Origin: Dehalococcoidia bacterium
GTDB lineage: Bacteria; Chloroflexota; Dehalococcoidia; Lucifugimonadales; Australimonadaceae
Reading direction: 5' to 3'
Length of the DNA: 64,000 bases
NCBI GenBank assembly: GCA_965261385.1
Contig: CBDHDB010000001.1
Location: 1,205,418 to 1,269,417 of the forward strand
The notes beneath the pieces are model-generated. The model ran no database searches, was not told the origin of the DNA, and saw only the letters and a program-made list of their open reading frames with translations. The position numbers and the translations under genes were made by a program. The first letter of the stretch is position 1, and each line of letters begins with the position of its first letter. Positions 1 through 11,031 of the stretch are shown in pieces.

Positions 1-215
1 GCACGTCTGACCTGGGCATCATCTCCATGCGACGGCGATTGATCCGCGCGGCCAGGACGTTCGCCGAGTCCGGCGAAACTCCCTACGAAGTGATGACGCC
101 CGAGGTCTACGCGATCAGGTCGGACGCCGTCCTCATCCCCACCGAGGAGTCCTGGTTTGACCAGACGACCGATAGGCGCAAGGTGACCGCCGGCAACCCG
201 GACTGCCCCGCATAG
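1..215 (+). CDS. C-terminal fragment of a Rieske non-heme iron oxygenase (LigXa/phthalate 4,5-dioxygenase type), 5' end outside the window
   Basis: Frame from position 3 reads TSDLGIISMRRRLIRAA...VYAIRS, matching the C-termini of the paralogues at 1677 (STDSGIIHTRYRLL...FAIRS) and 27302 (TSDTAIIAMRRRLL). Confidence 0.8.
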   Translation, partial: TSDLGIISMRRRLIRAARTFAESGETPYEVMTPEVYAIRSDAVLIPTEESWFDQTTDRRKVTAGNPDCPA

Positions 216-317
216 AAAATCGTCATCCCGCGAAGGCGGGAACCTCGTATTTACCCCTCCCCCATCTGCGGGGGGCCGGGAGGGGGCAAAGCCCCCTCCC
301 CGTGGGAAGGAGTCGCC

Positions 318-1520
318 ATGAACGGACGTGAGCTCCGGTTCGGCGTGATTGGCCTGGGCCGGGCCGGCAGCGGGATGCTGTCGGCCCTCGCGAGGCACCC
401 CGACATCAGAGTAACTGCCGCAGCCGACCTCCATAAACAGCACCGCGACCGGTTCGAGGCCGACTTCGCCGGCGAGACGTTCTCCGACGCCGAAGCCCTC
501 TGCGAGAGTCCGCACGTGGACGCCGTCTACATCGCCACCCCCCACGAGATGCACGTCGAGCACCTGCAAATGGCCGCGGCGAATGGCAAGCACGCCATCG
601 TCGAGAAACCGATGGCCCTCACCCTGGAGGACTGCGAGACCATGACCGCCACCGCCGAGCAGGCCGGCGTCGTCCTCATCGTAGGACACACGGCCAGCTT
701 CAACCCCACGGTGCGGAAGATGCGCAGACTCGTCGTCGAGGGGGATTTCGGCCGCTTGGGCTTCATCACCGCCACGGCGTACACCGACTTCCTCTACCGT
801 CCGCGCCGCCCCGAAGAGCTGGTCACCGCACTGGGCGGCGGCATCATGTACAACCAGGTCCCGCACCAAGTCGATGCTGCGAGGTTCATCGCCGGCGGCA
901 TGGCTCGCAGCGTACGGGCTGCGGCGATGGACCTCGACAACGCGCGCCACACCGAGGGCGGCTATACCGCGTTCCTCGATTTCGAGAATGGCGCCGTAGC
1001 CACCCTGTCGTACAGCGGGTACGACCACTTCGATTCCTCCGAACTGGTCAGCGGAAAAGGCCCCAAGGAGGCTGAGCGCTACGGCGCCACGCGCCGGACC
1101 CTCCGCGCGGTAGGGTCGTCGGAGGAAGAAACGTCGATGCGCATCAGCACCGGCTACGGCGGCGAGCGGCCCGTCGTGCGCGAGCGCGCCAGCCAAGGGC
1201 CGCCTTCCCTGCTCCAAGGCGAGCTCGGCTCATTCCTCGTTACGTGCGAGGGGGCCGACCTCCGGATGCTTCCCGAGGGCGTCGGGGCATACACCACCGA
1301 GGGATTCAAGCTGATCGAGCCCGACCCCTGGCGCGGCGTCCAGGGCCGCGGCGCGGTCATCGACGAACTGTACTTCGCCGTCACTGAGGGCCGCCCTCTC
1401 GTCCACCACGGACGATGGGCGAAGGCCACCATGGAAATCTGTCTGGCGATGCTCAAGTCCTCCCGCACCCGCCGCGAAGTCATGCTCGACCACCAGACCC
1501 CGACCGTCGACACTCCGTAG
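318..1520 (+). CDS. Gfo/Idh/MocA oxidoreductase, probable cis-dihydrodiol dehydrogenase (phthalate 4,5-dihydrodiol dehydrogenase-like)
   Basis: GVIGLGRAG Rossmann motif, YIATPHEMH and VEKPMA motifs; AAGGAG RBS; lies between two Rieske oxygenase genes. Confidence 0.85.
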   Translation: MNGRELRFGVIGLGRAGSGMLSALARHPDIRVTAAADLHKQHRDRFEADFAGETFSDAEALCESPHVDAVYIATPHEMHVEHLQMAAANGKHAIVEKPMALTLEDCETMTATAEQAGVVLIVGHTASFNPTVRKMRRLVVEGDFGRLGFITATAYTDFLYRPRRPEELVTALGGGIMYNQVPHQVDAARFIAGGMARSVRAAAMDLDNARHTEGGYTAFLDFENGAVATLSYSGYDHFDSSELVSGKGPKEAERYGATRRTLRAVGSSEEETSMRISTGYGGERPVVRERASQGPPSLLQGELGSFLVTCEGADLRMLPEGVGAYTTEGFKLIEPDPWRGVQGRGAVIDELYFAVTEGRPLVHHGRWAKATMEICLAMLKSSRTRREVMLDHQTPTVDTP

Positions 1521-1676
1521 GCGCGGTCCTCGCATCCCCCTACCGTCTTGAGGGAGGACTGAGGCGCTTCCCTAACCCCCCGTGTGCAATAGCAATCCTC
1601 CGTTTGCTAGAATGCGGTGCCGGTGCTTCGTCGCCGCCGATGTGCCGTATGTGGCCATATCGACTAGGAGGTCGCG

Positions 1677-3002
1677 ATGCTATCCAGGGAAGAGAATGAA
1701 CTGATGTGCCGCGTCGGGGCCGGGACTCCGACCGGAGAGATGCTTCGCCACTACTGGATTCCGGCGCTCATGTCGTCGGAGTTGCCCGAGCGCGATGGTC
1801 AGCCGCTCCGGCTGCGCCTGCTCGGCGAGGACCTCGTCGCATTCCGCGACACCGCTGGGAAGGTCGGCATGGTCGATGACCGCTGCCCGCACCGAGGCGC
1901 CGGCATGTTCTTCGGCCGCAACGAGGAGTACGGCCTACGCTGCGTCTACCACGGCTGGAAGTTCGACACCACCGGCGCGTGCATAGACATGCCGAACGCT
2001 CCTGAAGGCGAAGTCTTCAAGAGCAAGGTCGGCATCAAGGCGTATCTCTGCCAGGAGCGCAACGGCGTCATATGGACGTACATGGGCGCCCAAGAGTCCG
2101 CGCCCCCCTTGCCCGACTTCGAATGGAACATGGTGCCTGTGGAGCACCGCCACATCGCCAAGCGGCTGCAGATCAACAACTTCGTGCAGGCCCTCGAAGG
2201 CGACATCGACAACTCCCACAACTCCTACCTCCACACCAAGTTCCCCTTCCACATGTCCCAGCCCAACGACAAGACGATGGGCCCCTACTACAAGGAGCTC
2301 GACCGCTGTCCCGTGTTCGAGGCCGTCGACACCGACTACGGCGTGCTGATTGGCTGCCACCGCAACGTGGACGACGACCGCTACTACTGGCGTTTGAGCC
2401 AGTTCCTCCTGCCCTTCTACACCATGACCGGCCCCTACGGCGAAGACCCGACCAGGGGCTTCCGCGCGTGGATCCCCATCGACGATGAACACACGATGGT
2501 CTTCGGCGCCACCTACCACCCCAACCGCCCCCTCACCGAGGACGAGGTCCTCAACCTCGAGAAGCGCCCCGGCGTGTACAACGTCGGCGAAGGCGGGTTC
2601 CTCCCCATGGACCCGACCCTCCCAGGCAGCCAGTGGCGCCCGCGTCAGAACATCATGAACGACTTCTGGAACGACTATCACGCGCAGCAGACCGAGCGCT
2701 GGTGCGGCATCCCCGGCACCTTCGCCCAGGACTCCGGAATGCAAGAGACGATGGGGCCCATCTACGACAGGACCAAGGAACACCTCGTCTCGACGGACTC
2801 CGGAATCATCCACACGCGCTACCGCCTGTTGAACGCCGCCAAGGCTTTCCGGGACACCGGCGAGTTGCCCCCGAACGTCGACGACCCGACGCTGTTCGCA
2901 ATCCGGTCCGCCGCGACCGTCCTGCCGAAGGCGGAGGACTGGGTCGAGGCGATGAAGCAGCACCAGATCGCCTTCCAGCCGGTGAACCACGCGGGGGCCT
3001 AG
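1677..3002 (+). CDS. Rieske non-heme iron oxygenase alpha subunit (LigXa/phthalate type)
   Basis: Rieske CPH...CVYH; mononuclear Fe motif EGDIDNSHNSYLH; QD...QETMGPI; AGGAGG RBS. Confidence 0.92.
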   Translation: MLSREENELMCRVGAGTPTGEMLRHYWIPALMSSELPERDGQPLRLRLLGEDLVAFRDTAGKVGMVDDRCPHRGAGMFFGRNEEYGLRCVYHGWKFDTTGACIDMPNAPEGEVFKSKVGIKAYLCQERNGVIWTYMGAQESAPPLPDFEWNMVPVEHRHIAKRLQINNFVQALEGDIDNSHNSYLHTKFPFHMSQPNDKTMGPYYKELDRCPVFEAVDTDYGVLIGCHRNVDDDRYYWRLSQFLLPFYTMTGPYGEDPTRGFRAWIPIDDEHTMVFGATYHPNRPLTEDEVLNLEKRPGVYNVGEGGFLPMDPTLPGSQWRPRQNIMNDFWNDYHAQQTERWCGIPGTFAQDSGMQETMGPIYDRTKEHLVSTDSGIIHTRYRLLNAAKAFRDTGELPPNVDDPTLFAIRSAATVLPKAEDWVEAMKQHQIAFQPVNHAGA

Positions 3003-3021
3003 CGCCCCGTCGGGGTCGCAT

Positions 3022-4410
3022 TTGAGTAGCAGCCGCGCCTCATTGGTGTGCCGCGTTTGTGGCCACGCCAATGAGGCGGATGCCCGGTTTTGCGCCGCAT
3101 GTCGCGGACGTCTCCTACCTTCCACCGGCCCCTCGCCGGTGGAGCGATGGCGGGCCCGCGCGAGGCTCCGGCGCACGCTCATCCGGACGGCGGCGGCGGG
3201 CCTGGCGCTCTTCGCCGTGGCCTGGATGGTCGTCGAGAACATCGGGCTCGCCCGTTTCCTCCCTGACCCCGCATCAGACCTGACCTCGACCCTCGCGATC
3301 GGCGATTGGCCGACCGAGGGCGGAAGCCCCTTCCGGGCCGGCGCCGCGCCGACGCCGCCCGCCCCTCTACGCGGAGAAGTGGTCTGGGAAGCAGACCTCG
3401 GCGCTCCGCCGGGAGGTGGCGCCATCGTGCTGGACAGCAACGTGTACGCGGGCGCGACCGACGGCTCCATGCATGCCTTCTCCGCCTCGGACGGCGCCCC
3501 GCTCTGGAGCCGAGGCCTCGGAGCGCCCATCAGCTCGACCCCCTCCGCCGCGGGAGGCCTCATCTTCGTCGGAATGCTGGACGGACGGCTTGCGGCGCTA
3601 GACCGTCGGAACGGTGCCGTTGCGTGGACCTTCCAGACTGCCGGGCCGGTGCTCTCCTCTCCGGCCGTCGTCGACGGCGTGCTCTTCGTAGGCTCCAGCG
3701 ACCACCGGCTCTACGCGATCGACGCCCTCACCGGCAAGGAACGATGGAGCTTCGCCACGGAGGGGCGCGTCGCTTCCGGGCCTGCGGTGAACGAAAAGAT
3801 CGCGATAGTCACGTCCCAGGACAACCACATCCACTTCATCGATAAGCGGACCGCCAAACGACGGTTCGACTACCGAATAGCGCTTGCCGGCGGCTCTCCC
3901 GCGATCGCGGACGACTCGGTCTACGCCGCCGACATCCGCGGCACGGTCCGGCGTGTGCGCTGGGACAACCGAGAGTGGCCCTTGGAGAAAGCCGTCCGCG
4001 CCGTTCGCCGCTGGATGTTCCGCTGGGGAATGGCGAGCGAGCTACCGCCTGAGAAAGGCGTGGTCTGGGTGAGGCAAGAAGCAGGCGAGAGCTTCATCGG
4101 GACCCCCGCCGTCGACCACGAGCGAGTGTATGCGAGCACAGTCGTCGGCAAAGTGCTCGCGTACGACCGGCAAGCGGGCGCCGAGCGATGGCGGGCCGAC
4201 GTCGGCGCGCCGGCCGCAACCTCCCCCGTCGTTCTCGGAGACGAGGTCGTCGTCGGAACGCGAACAGGCCCCCTGGTCTCGCTCGACGCCGCCACGGGCG
4301 CGGAGCGGTGGCTTATCGACCTGAGCGACGGCGCGGCCCACGAAATCGCTGCTGGAGCCGGAGCCCTCTACGTCGCGAAATCGAACGGGACCATAGCCGC
4401 AATCCGCTGA
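3022..4410 (+). CDS. PQQ-like beta-propeller (BamB-like) membrane protein with N-terminal zinc ribbon
   Basis: CRVC...CAAC, one TM helix, repeated SSPAV / ALDxxTGxxRW propeller motifs. Confidence 0.8.
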   Translation: MSSSRASLVCRVCGHANEADARFCAACRGRLLPSTGPSPVERWRARARLRRTLIRTAAAGLALFAVAWMVVENIGLARFLPDPASDLTSTLAIGDWPTEGGSPFRAGAAPTPPAPLRGEVVWEADLGAPPGGGAIVLDSNVYAGATDGSMHAFSASDGAPLWSRGLGAPISSTPSAAGGLIFVGMLDGRLAALDRRNGAVAWTFQTAGPVLSSPAVVDGVLFVGSSDHRLYAIDALTGKERWSFATEGRVASGPAVNEKIAIVTSQDNHIHFIDKRTAKRRFDYRIALAGGSPAIADDSVYAADIRGTVRRVRWDNREWPLEKAVRAVRRWMFRWGMASELPPEKGVVWVRQEAGESFIGTPAVDHERVYASTVVGKVLAYDRQAGAERWRADVGAPAATSPVVLGDEVVVGTRTGPLVSLDAATGAERWLIDLSDGAAHEIAAGAGALYVAKSNGTIAAIR

Positions 4411-4469
4411 TTCCACTAAGCGGGATTTTCGCAGCTATGCGCCCACATTTTCCTCACCTGAGTTCTCGT

Positions 4470-4499
4470 TTGACAGGCCGTTAAACCCCTCCCTAGAAT
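4470..4499 (+). promoter_or_regulatory. sigma70-type promoter of the collagen-lipoprotein/ABC operon
   Basis: TTGACA (4470-4475), 18 bp, TAGAAT (4494-4499). Confidence 0.6.
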
Positions 4500-4561
4500 G
4501 CGCCCCTGTTGGACGCCCAAAACCCTATTCTCCGCAATGGGCGCAAGAGGGAGGATTTCCG

Positions 4562-5065
4562 ATGAGAATCATTCCAGCCGTTTGCTTCCTTATGCTTGCG
4601 GTCACACTCGTTGCCGCGGCATGCACGGGCGAAACGGGACCGGCAGGGCAGACTGGCCCCGCGGGACCGGCAGGCGCAGCAGGGCCGGCAGGGCCTGTGG
4701 GACCGGCTGGCGCCGATGGCGCTCAAGGCCCCCCCGGCGATCCTGCGCCCGCATCGGCTGCCGGAATCTCTCTCGATAAAGCGGTCTACACCATCGGCTC
4801 CGAGAGAACGTTCACCGTGACAGGATGGGGCTTCATCCCAGGAGAAGCAGTCCTCATCACCTTCCACACCGACGCCTACGGCCCTGGGACCATCGGGGGC
4901 GCCGACGTGAACGAGTTCGGCACGTTCCAACTAACCCAAGGCGGCCGGTTCAGGATGGACCGCGTCAGCTCGAGTCCCGGAACGTACACCGTCACGGCGG
5001 AAGGCCACATGGGCTCCTTAGCAACTGCCCCCATCACTTTCGTTGCCCCTGAACCGGCGGAGTAA
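4562..5065 (+). CDS. Collagen-like lipoprotein
   Basis: Signal peptide ending AAAC, 13 consecutive Gly-X-Y triplets, then a small beta-rich domain. Confidence 0.8.
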   Translation: MRIIPAVCFLMLAVTLVAAACTGETGPAGQTGPAGPAGAAGPAGPVGPAGADGAQGPPGDPAPASAAGISLDKAVYTIGSERTFTVTGWGFIPGEAVLITFHTDAYGPGTIGGADVNEFGTFQLTQGGRFRMDRVSSSPGTYTVTAEGHMGSLATAPITFVAPEPAE

Positions 5066-5097
5066 CTGACGGCAAGTGGACCAGGGAGGACTGACCA

Positions 5098-6873
5098 ATG
5101 ACGATTAGAAACCGTGCGCTCAAAGCGCTAATGCTTGTTACGAGCATTCTTGTTCTAAGCATGGCGCTGGCCGCTTGCAGCTCGGACGACCCCACTCCGA
5201 CCCCAACCACGGCTCCGGTGGCGCCCGCCCCCACGGCTACCCCGCTTCCCGATGGAAGCGGCAGTGCTCCCGAGCCCACACCCACGGCGATGGCGATGAC
5301 CGAGTCGCGCTACGGGGGCATCGCGAACTTCTCCACCCGCGCCGACCCGCCTCGCGGCTGGGACCCCATCCGGTCCGGCAGCATCAGCGTTCTCATGGCG
5401 GCGGGCTCCATCTTCGGCATGGGGAACATGATCCGGCAGTGCCCTGACGACGGTGCATCCGTCTGCCCCGGCGTCGCCGACGAGTGGTCAAAGAACGACG
5501 ACGGCACTGTGTGGACCTTCAAGCTCCGCGACAACGTCTACTGGCACGACGGGACTAAGCTGACCGCTCCCGACGTCAAGTTCTGGCTGGAGCTTGCCTC
5601 CTTCGGCGTGAAGGTCGGCGACGACGTGAGGCGCCCCGCCGGCTGGGACTTCATCCCGTGGGTCGAAAGCGTGGACGCGCCCGACGACTCGACCGTCGTC
5701 ATCACGCTGACGAGTCCGGTGTTCGACTTCGACCAGCTGCTCGCGGTCGACAACCAGATACTGGCGCACCCCCGGCACCTGATGCAGCCGGAGATCGACA
5801 AGGGCAACGTCAACGTCTCGCCGCTGGATGTCGGACTCGTAGGACTCGGTCCGTTCTACGTCGAGTCCTACCGACCGGGCAGCGTCGCCAAGATGCGCCG
5901 GTTCGACAATTACTACCTCACCGACGAGGGCGGGAACCAGCTTCCTTACCTCGACGGCATCGACTTCTTCATCACGCCGGACCCATCCGGCATGGACACT
6001 GCGTTCCGCACCGGGCGTCTCGACGCCACGGCCCGCGGCTCCGGGTTCCAGCTAACCCCAGAGCGGGAGAACGCCATCATCGATACCCTCGGCGCAGACA
6101 AGGTGCAGATCCTCGAGATGGCCCAGTCCAGCTTCTGGGCAGTGGCGTTCAACACGCTCCGTGAAGGACCTCTGCAAGACGTGAAGATCCGGCGGGCTAT
6201 CCACCTCTGGCTCGACCGCGACGAGCTAGTTGAGGTGACGTTCGGCGGCTTTGGAAAGGTCACCGGCATGTTCGACCCCGACACCGCGTGGGCTGTCCCC
6301 GGCCTCATGGAGACGCCCGGCTGGAACTCGGCCACCAAGGACGCCGACCGGCAGACGGCCAAGGGCCTTATGGCCGAGGCAGGCTACCCGAACGGTTTCG
6401 AGACCGAGTTCATGTGCCGCAGGTTGTGGGGGTTCGTGTGCGAGCCCATCGTCGGACAACTGGAGGCCCTCGGCATCAGCGTAGACCTCCAGCTCGTGGA
6501 CGACGCAACCCGGGCCTCCAGGACCCTCGAAGGCGCGTACGACATGGTGATGAGCGGGCCGACGGTGGCGTTGCCGAGTCAGTACCTCTCGATCATAGCG
6601 AGCCAGGGCTTCCAGGTGGCGGCGGACCCGAAGCACAACGACACCATGGTCGACGACTTCTTCACCCGTTTGGCCGCGGCGGGCAGCATCGAGGAGCGGG
6701 TCGAAATCTCCCGTGAGATGGAGCAGTACAGTGCCGTGGAGCAGGTCTACTCGGCCTCGCTATACACGGAGAACGCGCACTCGGTCGCCCGCGAGTATGT
6801 CATGGGCATCCAGGTGCCGATCGACAACTACCGGCGGAACTTGGACTTTGCGACGGTCTGGTTGGACAAGTAG
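5098..6873 (+). CDS. ABC transporter substrate-binding lipoprotein, family 5 (Opp/Dpp/Nik type)
   Basis: LAAC lipobox, PT linker, WTFKLRDNVYWHDG motif, GLGPF, PYLDGI. Confidence 0.92.
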   Translation: MTIRNRALKALMLVTSILVLSMALAACSSDDPTPTPTTAPVAPAPTATPLPDGSGSAPEPTPTAMAMTESRYGGIANFSTRADPPRGWDPIRSGSISVLMAAGSIFGMGNMIRQCPDDGASVCPGVADEWSKNDDGTVWTFKLRDNVYWHDGTKLTAPDVKFWLELASFGVKVGDDVRRPAGWDFIPWVESVDAPDDSTVVITLTSPVFDFDQLLAVDNQILAHPRHLMQPEIDKGNVNVSPLDVGLVGLGPFYVESYRPGSVAKMRRFDNYYLTDEGGNQLPYLDGIDFFITPDPSGMDTAFRTGRLDATARGSGFQLTPERENAIIDTLGADKVQILEMAQSSFWAVAFNTLREGPLQDVKIRRAIHLWLDRDELVEVTFGGFGKVTGMFDPDTAWAVPGLMETPGWNSATKDADRQTAKGLMAEAGYPNGFETEFMCRRLWGFVCEPIVGQLEALGISVDLQLVDDATRASRTLEGAYDMVMSGPTVALPSQYLSIIASQGFQVAADPKHNDTMVDDFFTRLAAAGSIEERVEISREMEQYSAVEQVYSASLYTENAHSVAREYVMGIQVPIDNYRRNLDFATVWLDK

Positions 6874-7003
6874 GCCAAGCCCCCTCCCACCCCCGCGAAA
6901 GGGGGACCCTAGCCCTCCCTCTCACAGACGGGGGGCTGGGGCGCATCCCCTCCCCCGGTCTACGGGGGAGGGCTAGGGAAAGGGAGAGCTTGAGGAGCGC
7001 GGG

Positions 7004-7972
7004 ATGCAGAAGTACATAGCGCGGCGGGTGCTGCTCTTCATCCCGACGCTCCTGCTCGCGAGTATCCTCATCTTCGGGATCCTCCGAGTCTTGCCCGGAG
7101 ACGTCGCCCTCGCCATCCTCGGACAAGAGGCCGTCGAGAGCGGCGGCGGCTACACCGAGACGCAGATCAGGGAGCTCCGCGCCGAGCTGGGTCTGAACGA
7201 CCCCCTGCCTCTTCAGTACGCCAAATGGGCCTGGTCGATGGTGAACGGCGAGTTCGGCGGAGAGTCGATCCGCTCCACCGAGCCGCTTTCGGAAATCATC
7301 GCGCGCCGCCTGCCGGTGACGTTGCAGCTCACCGTGTACACGATGGTGCTGTCCATGCTTGTGGCGCTCCCCCTTGGGATATTCTCCGCCTTATACCAGG
7401 ATAAGTGGCCGGACTACGTCCTCCGCATGGGGGCCATCTTGGGGCAATCGATGCCCAACTTCTGGATTGCGCTTCTCCTGCTGCTCTTCATGGTCACGCA
7501 GATCGGCTGGTCCCCGCCCCTGGGCTACGTGAATGTTTGGGAGAATCCGTTCCACCACTTCCAGCTCATGATTTGGCCCGCTCTGATTCTCGCCTGGCGC
7601 TTCAGCGCCTACGTCACCCGCATCACCCGCTCCGGCATGCTCGAAGTGTTGGCCCAGGACTACGTCAGGACGGCGAAGGCGAAAGGGCTGAGCCAGCAGC
7701 TGGTCGTGCGGCGCCATAGCCTGCCCAACGTGCTGATTCCCGTTATCACGTTGGGGGGCTTGGAGGTCGGCACCCTGCTCGGCGGCACGGTGATCTTGGA
7801 GAACCTGTTCGGCATCCCCGGCGTCGGTCAAGCTATCGTAGAAGCCGCCGTCGGAAGGGACTTCCCCGTGGTGCAGAGCCTGGCGATGATGCTCGTCTTT
7901 TTCATGCTCGCGCTCAACCTCGTGGTGGATATCGCTTACTCTTACGTCGACCCGCGCGTACGGTACGCGTAG
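7004..7972 (+). CDS. Peptide/nickel ABC transporter permease (DppB/OppB-like)
   Basis: DYVRTAKAKGL EAA loop, ends DPRVRY. Confidence 0.92.
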   Translation: MQKYIARRVLLFIPTLLLASILIFGILRVLPGDVALAILGQEAVESGGGYTETQIRELRAELGLNDPLPLQYAKWAWSMVNGEFGGESIRSTEPLSEIIARRLPVTLQLTVYTMVLSMLVALPLGIFSALYQDKWPDYVLRMGAILGQSMPNFWIALLLLLFMVTQIGWSPPLGYVNVWENPFHHFQLMIWPALILAWRFSAYVTRITRSGMLEVLAQDYVRTAKAKGLSQQLVVRRHSLPNVLIPVITLGGLEVGTLLGGTVILENLFGIPGVGQAIVEAAVGRDFPVVQSLAMMLVFFMLALNLVVDIAYSYVDPRVRYA

Positions 7973-7997
7973 GCGGACAGGTGAAGGTATAGCCGGA

Positions 7998-8921
7998 GTG
8001 GAACTCGGATCTACAGCCGCAAACCAAACGACCCTCGAGCAGCTTGCGCGCGAGGCAAGGCCCAAGCGCACGTTCGCGCAGAATCTCAAGCGGTTCGCGC
8101 GCAGGAAGCCCATCGGCGCCATCAGCGCGGTTGCGCTCATCCTCCTTGCCCTCGTCGCGCTGTTCGCGCCGTGGATCTCGACCCACGACCCGATCCGTTA
8201 CCAGGTGGCGGCCGAGCGGCTCGAAGGCCCGTCGGCCTCGCACTTCATGGGCACGGACAACCTGGGCCGCGACGTCTTCAGCCGGGTTGTCCACGGAGCG
8301 CGCATCTCGCTCCAGGTGGGATTCCTCGCCATCGTGCTCGGCACCGTCACCGGCATGGTCATCGGCGTGCTCTCCGGTTACCTTGGCGGCAAACTCGACC
8401 TGGTGGTGCAGCGGCTCGTCGACGTGTTGATGGGATTCCCCTTCATCGTGCTGGCCATGCTGCTCGTTGTCGCGCTGGGCGCGTCGCTGCTCAACGTGGG
8501 CATCGCCTTATCGGTCGCCATCGTCCCGCGAGTCGTCCGCCTGTCGCGGTCGAGCACGTTGAGCGTGAAGGAGGAGATGTACGTACTCGCCGCTGTGACG
8601 GTCGGCGTGAGCCTGCCCCGGATGGTGTTCCTCCACATCCTTCCGAACACCCTCGGCCCCGTCTTCGTCCTGGCGACGGGCGCCCTTGGCGGCGTGATCG
8701 TCGCCGAGGCTGGCCTGGCCTTCTTGGGCCTCGGCGTGCCGCCGCCGTCGCCTAGCTGGGGCGGGATGTTGAACGTCGGCGCGCGCGGCTACATGGAGGC
8801 CGCCCCCTGGATGGTCATCTTCCCGGGCATGGCGCTCTCCGTGGTCGTGTTCACGTTCGCGCTGCTGGGCGACGCCCTGCGCGACGTGCTGGACCCGCGC
8901 CTCCGGCGGGGCGACTCGTAG
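7998..8921 (+). CDS. Peptide/nickel ABC transporter permease (DppC/OppC-like)
   Basis: HFMGTDNLGRDVFSR, PSWGGML, GDALRDVLDPR. Confidence 0.92.
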   Translation: MELGSTAANQTTLEQLAREARPKRTFAQNLKRFARRKPIGAISAVALILLALVALFAPWISTHDPIRYQVAAERLEGPSASHFMGTDNLGRDVFSRVVHGARISLQVGFLAIVLGTVTGMVIGVLSGYLGGKLDLVVQRLVDVLMGFPFIVLAMLLVVALGASLLNVGIALSVAIVPRVVRLSRSSTLSVKEEMYVLAAVTVGVSLPRMVFLHILPNTLGPVFVLATGALGGVIVAEAGLAFLGLGVPPPSPSWGGMLNVGARGYMEAAPWMVIFPGMALSVVVFTFALLGDALRDVLDPRLRRGDS

Positions 8922-9010
8922 GCCAGGCGGAGCATCGCCTTGCTGTGCGCCCTGCACTGAGTAGAAACGTTTGAGACCGAGCGGCGCCTGCCGCTCATGG
9001 AGAGTCGTTC

Positions 9011-10018
9011 GTGGGAACCTTGCTGGAGGTCCGAGACCTCCGTACCGAATTCAACTCCGAAGGCGGCATCGTCAAGGCCGTCGACGGAATCAGCTACGAC
9101 CTCCAGGAAGGTGAGACCCTGGGCCTCGTCGGCGAAAGCGGCTGCGGCAAAAGCGTCAGCGCCCTCTCGCTGCTCCAGCTCATCCCCAACCCGCCCGGCA
9201 GAATCGTAGGCGGCGAGGTCATCTTCGAGGGCCAAGACCTGCTGAAGCTCTCTGAGAGGCAGATGCGGAGCATCCGCGGCAACAAGATCGCCATGATCTT
9301 CCAAGAGCCGATGACCTCGCTGAACCCGGTCCTGACCATCGGGCGCCAGCTCACCGAGACCGTCGAGGTTCACATGGGCCTCTCGCCGGAAGCAGCCGTC
9401 CGCCGCAGCGTGGAGCTCCTCGGCATGGTCGGCATTCCCGACGCCAAGAGCCGCCTGAGCAACTACCCCCACCAGTTCAGCGGAGGCATGCGCCAGCGAG
9501 TAATGATCGCGATCGCCCTCAGCTGCAACCCCCGGCTGCTGCTCGCCGACGAAGCCACCACCGCCCTCGACGTGACCATCCAAGCCCAAATCCTCGAGCT
9601 CATCCAGCGGCTGAGCGCCGAAGCGGGCGCGGCCGTCATCATCATCACCCATAACCTCGGGGTGGTCGCCCGCTACGCGGACCGCGTCAACGTGATGTAC
9701 GCGGGCAAGATTATCGAGCGCGGGACGGCGGACGAGATCTACGAGATGCCGAAGCACCCGTACACGCGCGGCCTATTGGGGTCCGTGCCTAGGCTCGACG
9801 TGGACCGCGAAGATAGGCTCGCGTCCATCGAGGGCATGCCGCCCGACCTCGACCGGCTCCCGCCCGGCTGCTCGTTCGTCCCCCGCTGCCCCCATGCGGA
9901 CGACCACTGCCGCGCCGAGATTCCGCCCCTCTCGTCGAACGACGGCAGCGACCATGTCTACGCGTGTTGGAAAGGACACGAGTTCGGGCCCATGGAGCTC
10001 GTGCAGGCGAAAGCATGA
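9011..10018 (+). CDS. Oligopeptide ABC transporter ATP-binding protein (DppD/OppD-like)
   Basis: Walker [22 protein letters not shown]-terminal Cys cluster. Confidence 0.93.
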   Translation: MGTLLEVRDLRTEFNSEGGIVKAVDGISYDLQEGETLGLVGESGCGKSVSALSLLQLIPNPPGRIVGGEVIFEGQDLLKLSERQMRSIRGNKIAMIFQEPMTSLNPVLTIGRQLTETVEVHMGLSPEAAVRRSVELLGMVGIPDAKSRLSNYPHQFSGGMRQRVMIAIALSCNPRLLLADEATTALDVTIQAQILELIQRLSAEAGAAVIIITHNLGVVARYADRVNVMYAGKIIERGTADEIYEMPKHPYTRGLLGSVPRLDVDREDRLASIEGMPPDLDRLPPGCSFVPRCPHADDHCRAEIPPLSSNDGSDHVYACWKGHEFGPMELVQAKA

Positions 10019-11031
10019 CCCAGACCTCCCCTGCTCCGACCGCGCCGCCGTCGCCCCAAGACGTCCTCCTCGAAGTCAACGACGTCAAGATGCACTTCCC
10101 CGTGGTGGCCGGCGTCATCCTTCAGCGCCAGGTTGGAGAGATCAAGGCCGTCGACGGCGTCAGCTTCACCGTGCAGCGAGGCGAAACATTGGGCCTCGTC
10201 GGCGAGAGCGGCTCGGGCAAGACCACCATCGGACGCGTCATCCTCCAGGTCTACCGCGCCACGAGCGGCCAGATCGTGTTCGACGGCATCGACCTTGCAA
10301 CCCTCAAGGGCGGGGCCATGCGGGCGATGCGCCGCCGCATCCAGGTCGTCTTCCAGGACCCCTACAGCTCCCTCAACCCCCGCATCAAGACCGGCGACAT
10401 CGTTGGTGAGCCCCTCAAGGTGCATAAGCTGGTCGAGACCAAAGAGGAGTACCAGTCGCGCGTTGCCGACCTCTTCCGCACCGTTGGACTGAACCCCAAC
10501 ATGGCCGACCGCTACCCCCACGAGTTCAGCGGCGGGCAGCGCCAGCGGATCGGCGTCGCCCGCGCCCTTGCCGTGCAGCCCGACTTCATCGTCGCCGACG
10601 AGCCCGTCTCCGCCCTCGACGTTTCCATCCAAGCCCAGCTCATCAACCTGCTCGAGGACCTGCAGAAGCAGTTCGGACTCACCTACCTCTTCATCGCGCA
10701 CGACCTCTCCGTCGTACGCCACATCTCCGACCGCGTCGCCGTCATGTACCTGGGCAAGATCATGGAGGTGGCGGACAGAGTCAGCATCTTCCAAGACCCC
10801 CTGCACCCCTACTCCAAAGCGCTCATGTCCGCGGTCCCCATCCCCAATCCGCGCGCCGAGCGCAGCCGCGAGCGGATCATCCTCGAAGGAACGATCCCCA
10901 GCCCCCTTCACCCCCCGACAGGGTGCGTCTTCCACACCCGCTGCCCGATGGCCATCGACGAGTGCAAGATCACCGTCCCCCAACTCGAAGAAAAACGCCC
11001 CGGCCACGCCGTAGCCTGCATCCGCGTGTAG
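10015..11031 (+). CDS. Oligopeptide ABC transporter ATP-binding protein (DppF/OppF-like)
   Basis: [16 protein letters not shown]; ATG at 10015 overlaps the upstream stop (ATGA). Confidence 0.93.
   Translation: MTQTSPAPTAPPSPQDVLLEVNDVKMHFPVVAGVILQRQVGEIKAVDGVSFTVQRGETLGLVGESGSGKTTIGRVILQVYRATSGQIVFDGIDLATLKGGAMRAMRRRIQVVFQDPYSSLNPRIKTGDIVGEPLKVHKLVETKEEYQSRVADLFRTVGLNPNMADRYPHEFSGGQRQRIGVARALAVQPDFIVADEPVSALDVSIQAQLINLLEDLQKQFGLTYLFIAHDLSVVRHISDRVAVMYLGKIMEVADRVSIFQDPLHPYSKALMSAVPIPNPRAERSRERIILEGTIPSPLHPPTGCVFHTRCPMAIDECKITVPQLEEKRPGHAVACIRV

Noticed and set aside
6880-6990. CCCTCTC...GAGAGGG-type hairpins (also near 255, 19485, 34677, 38035, 45402) as specific terminators or riboswitches
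   Set aside because: They form a dispersed REP-like family with no U-tract or recognisable aptamer.
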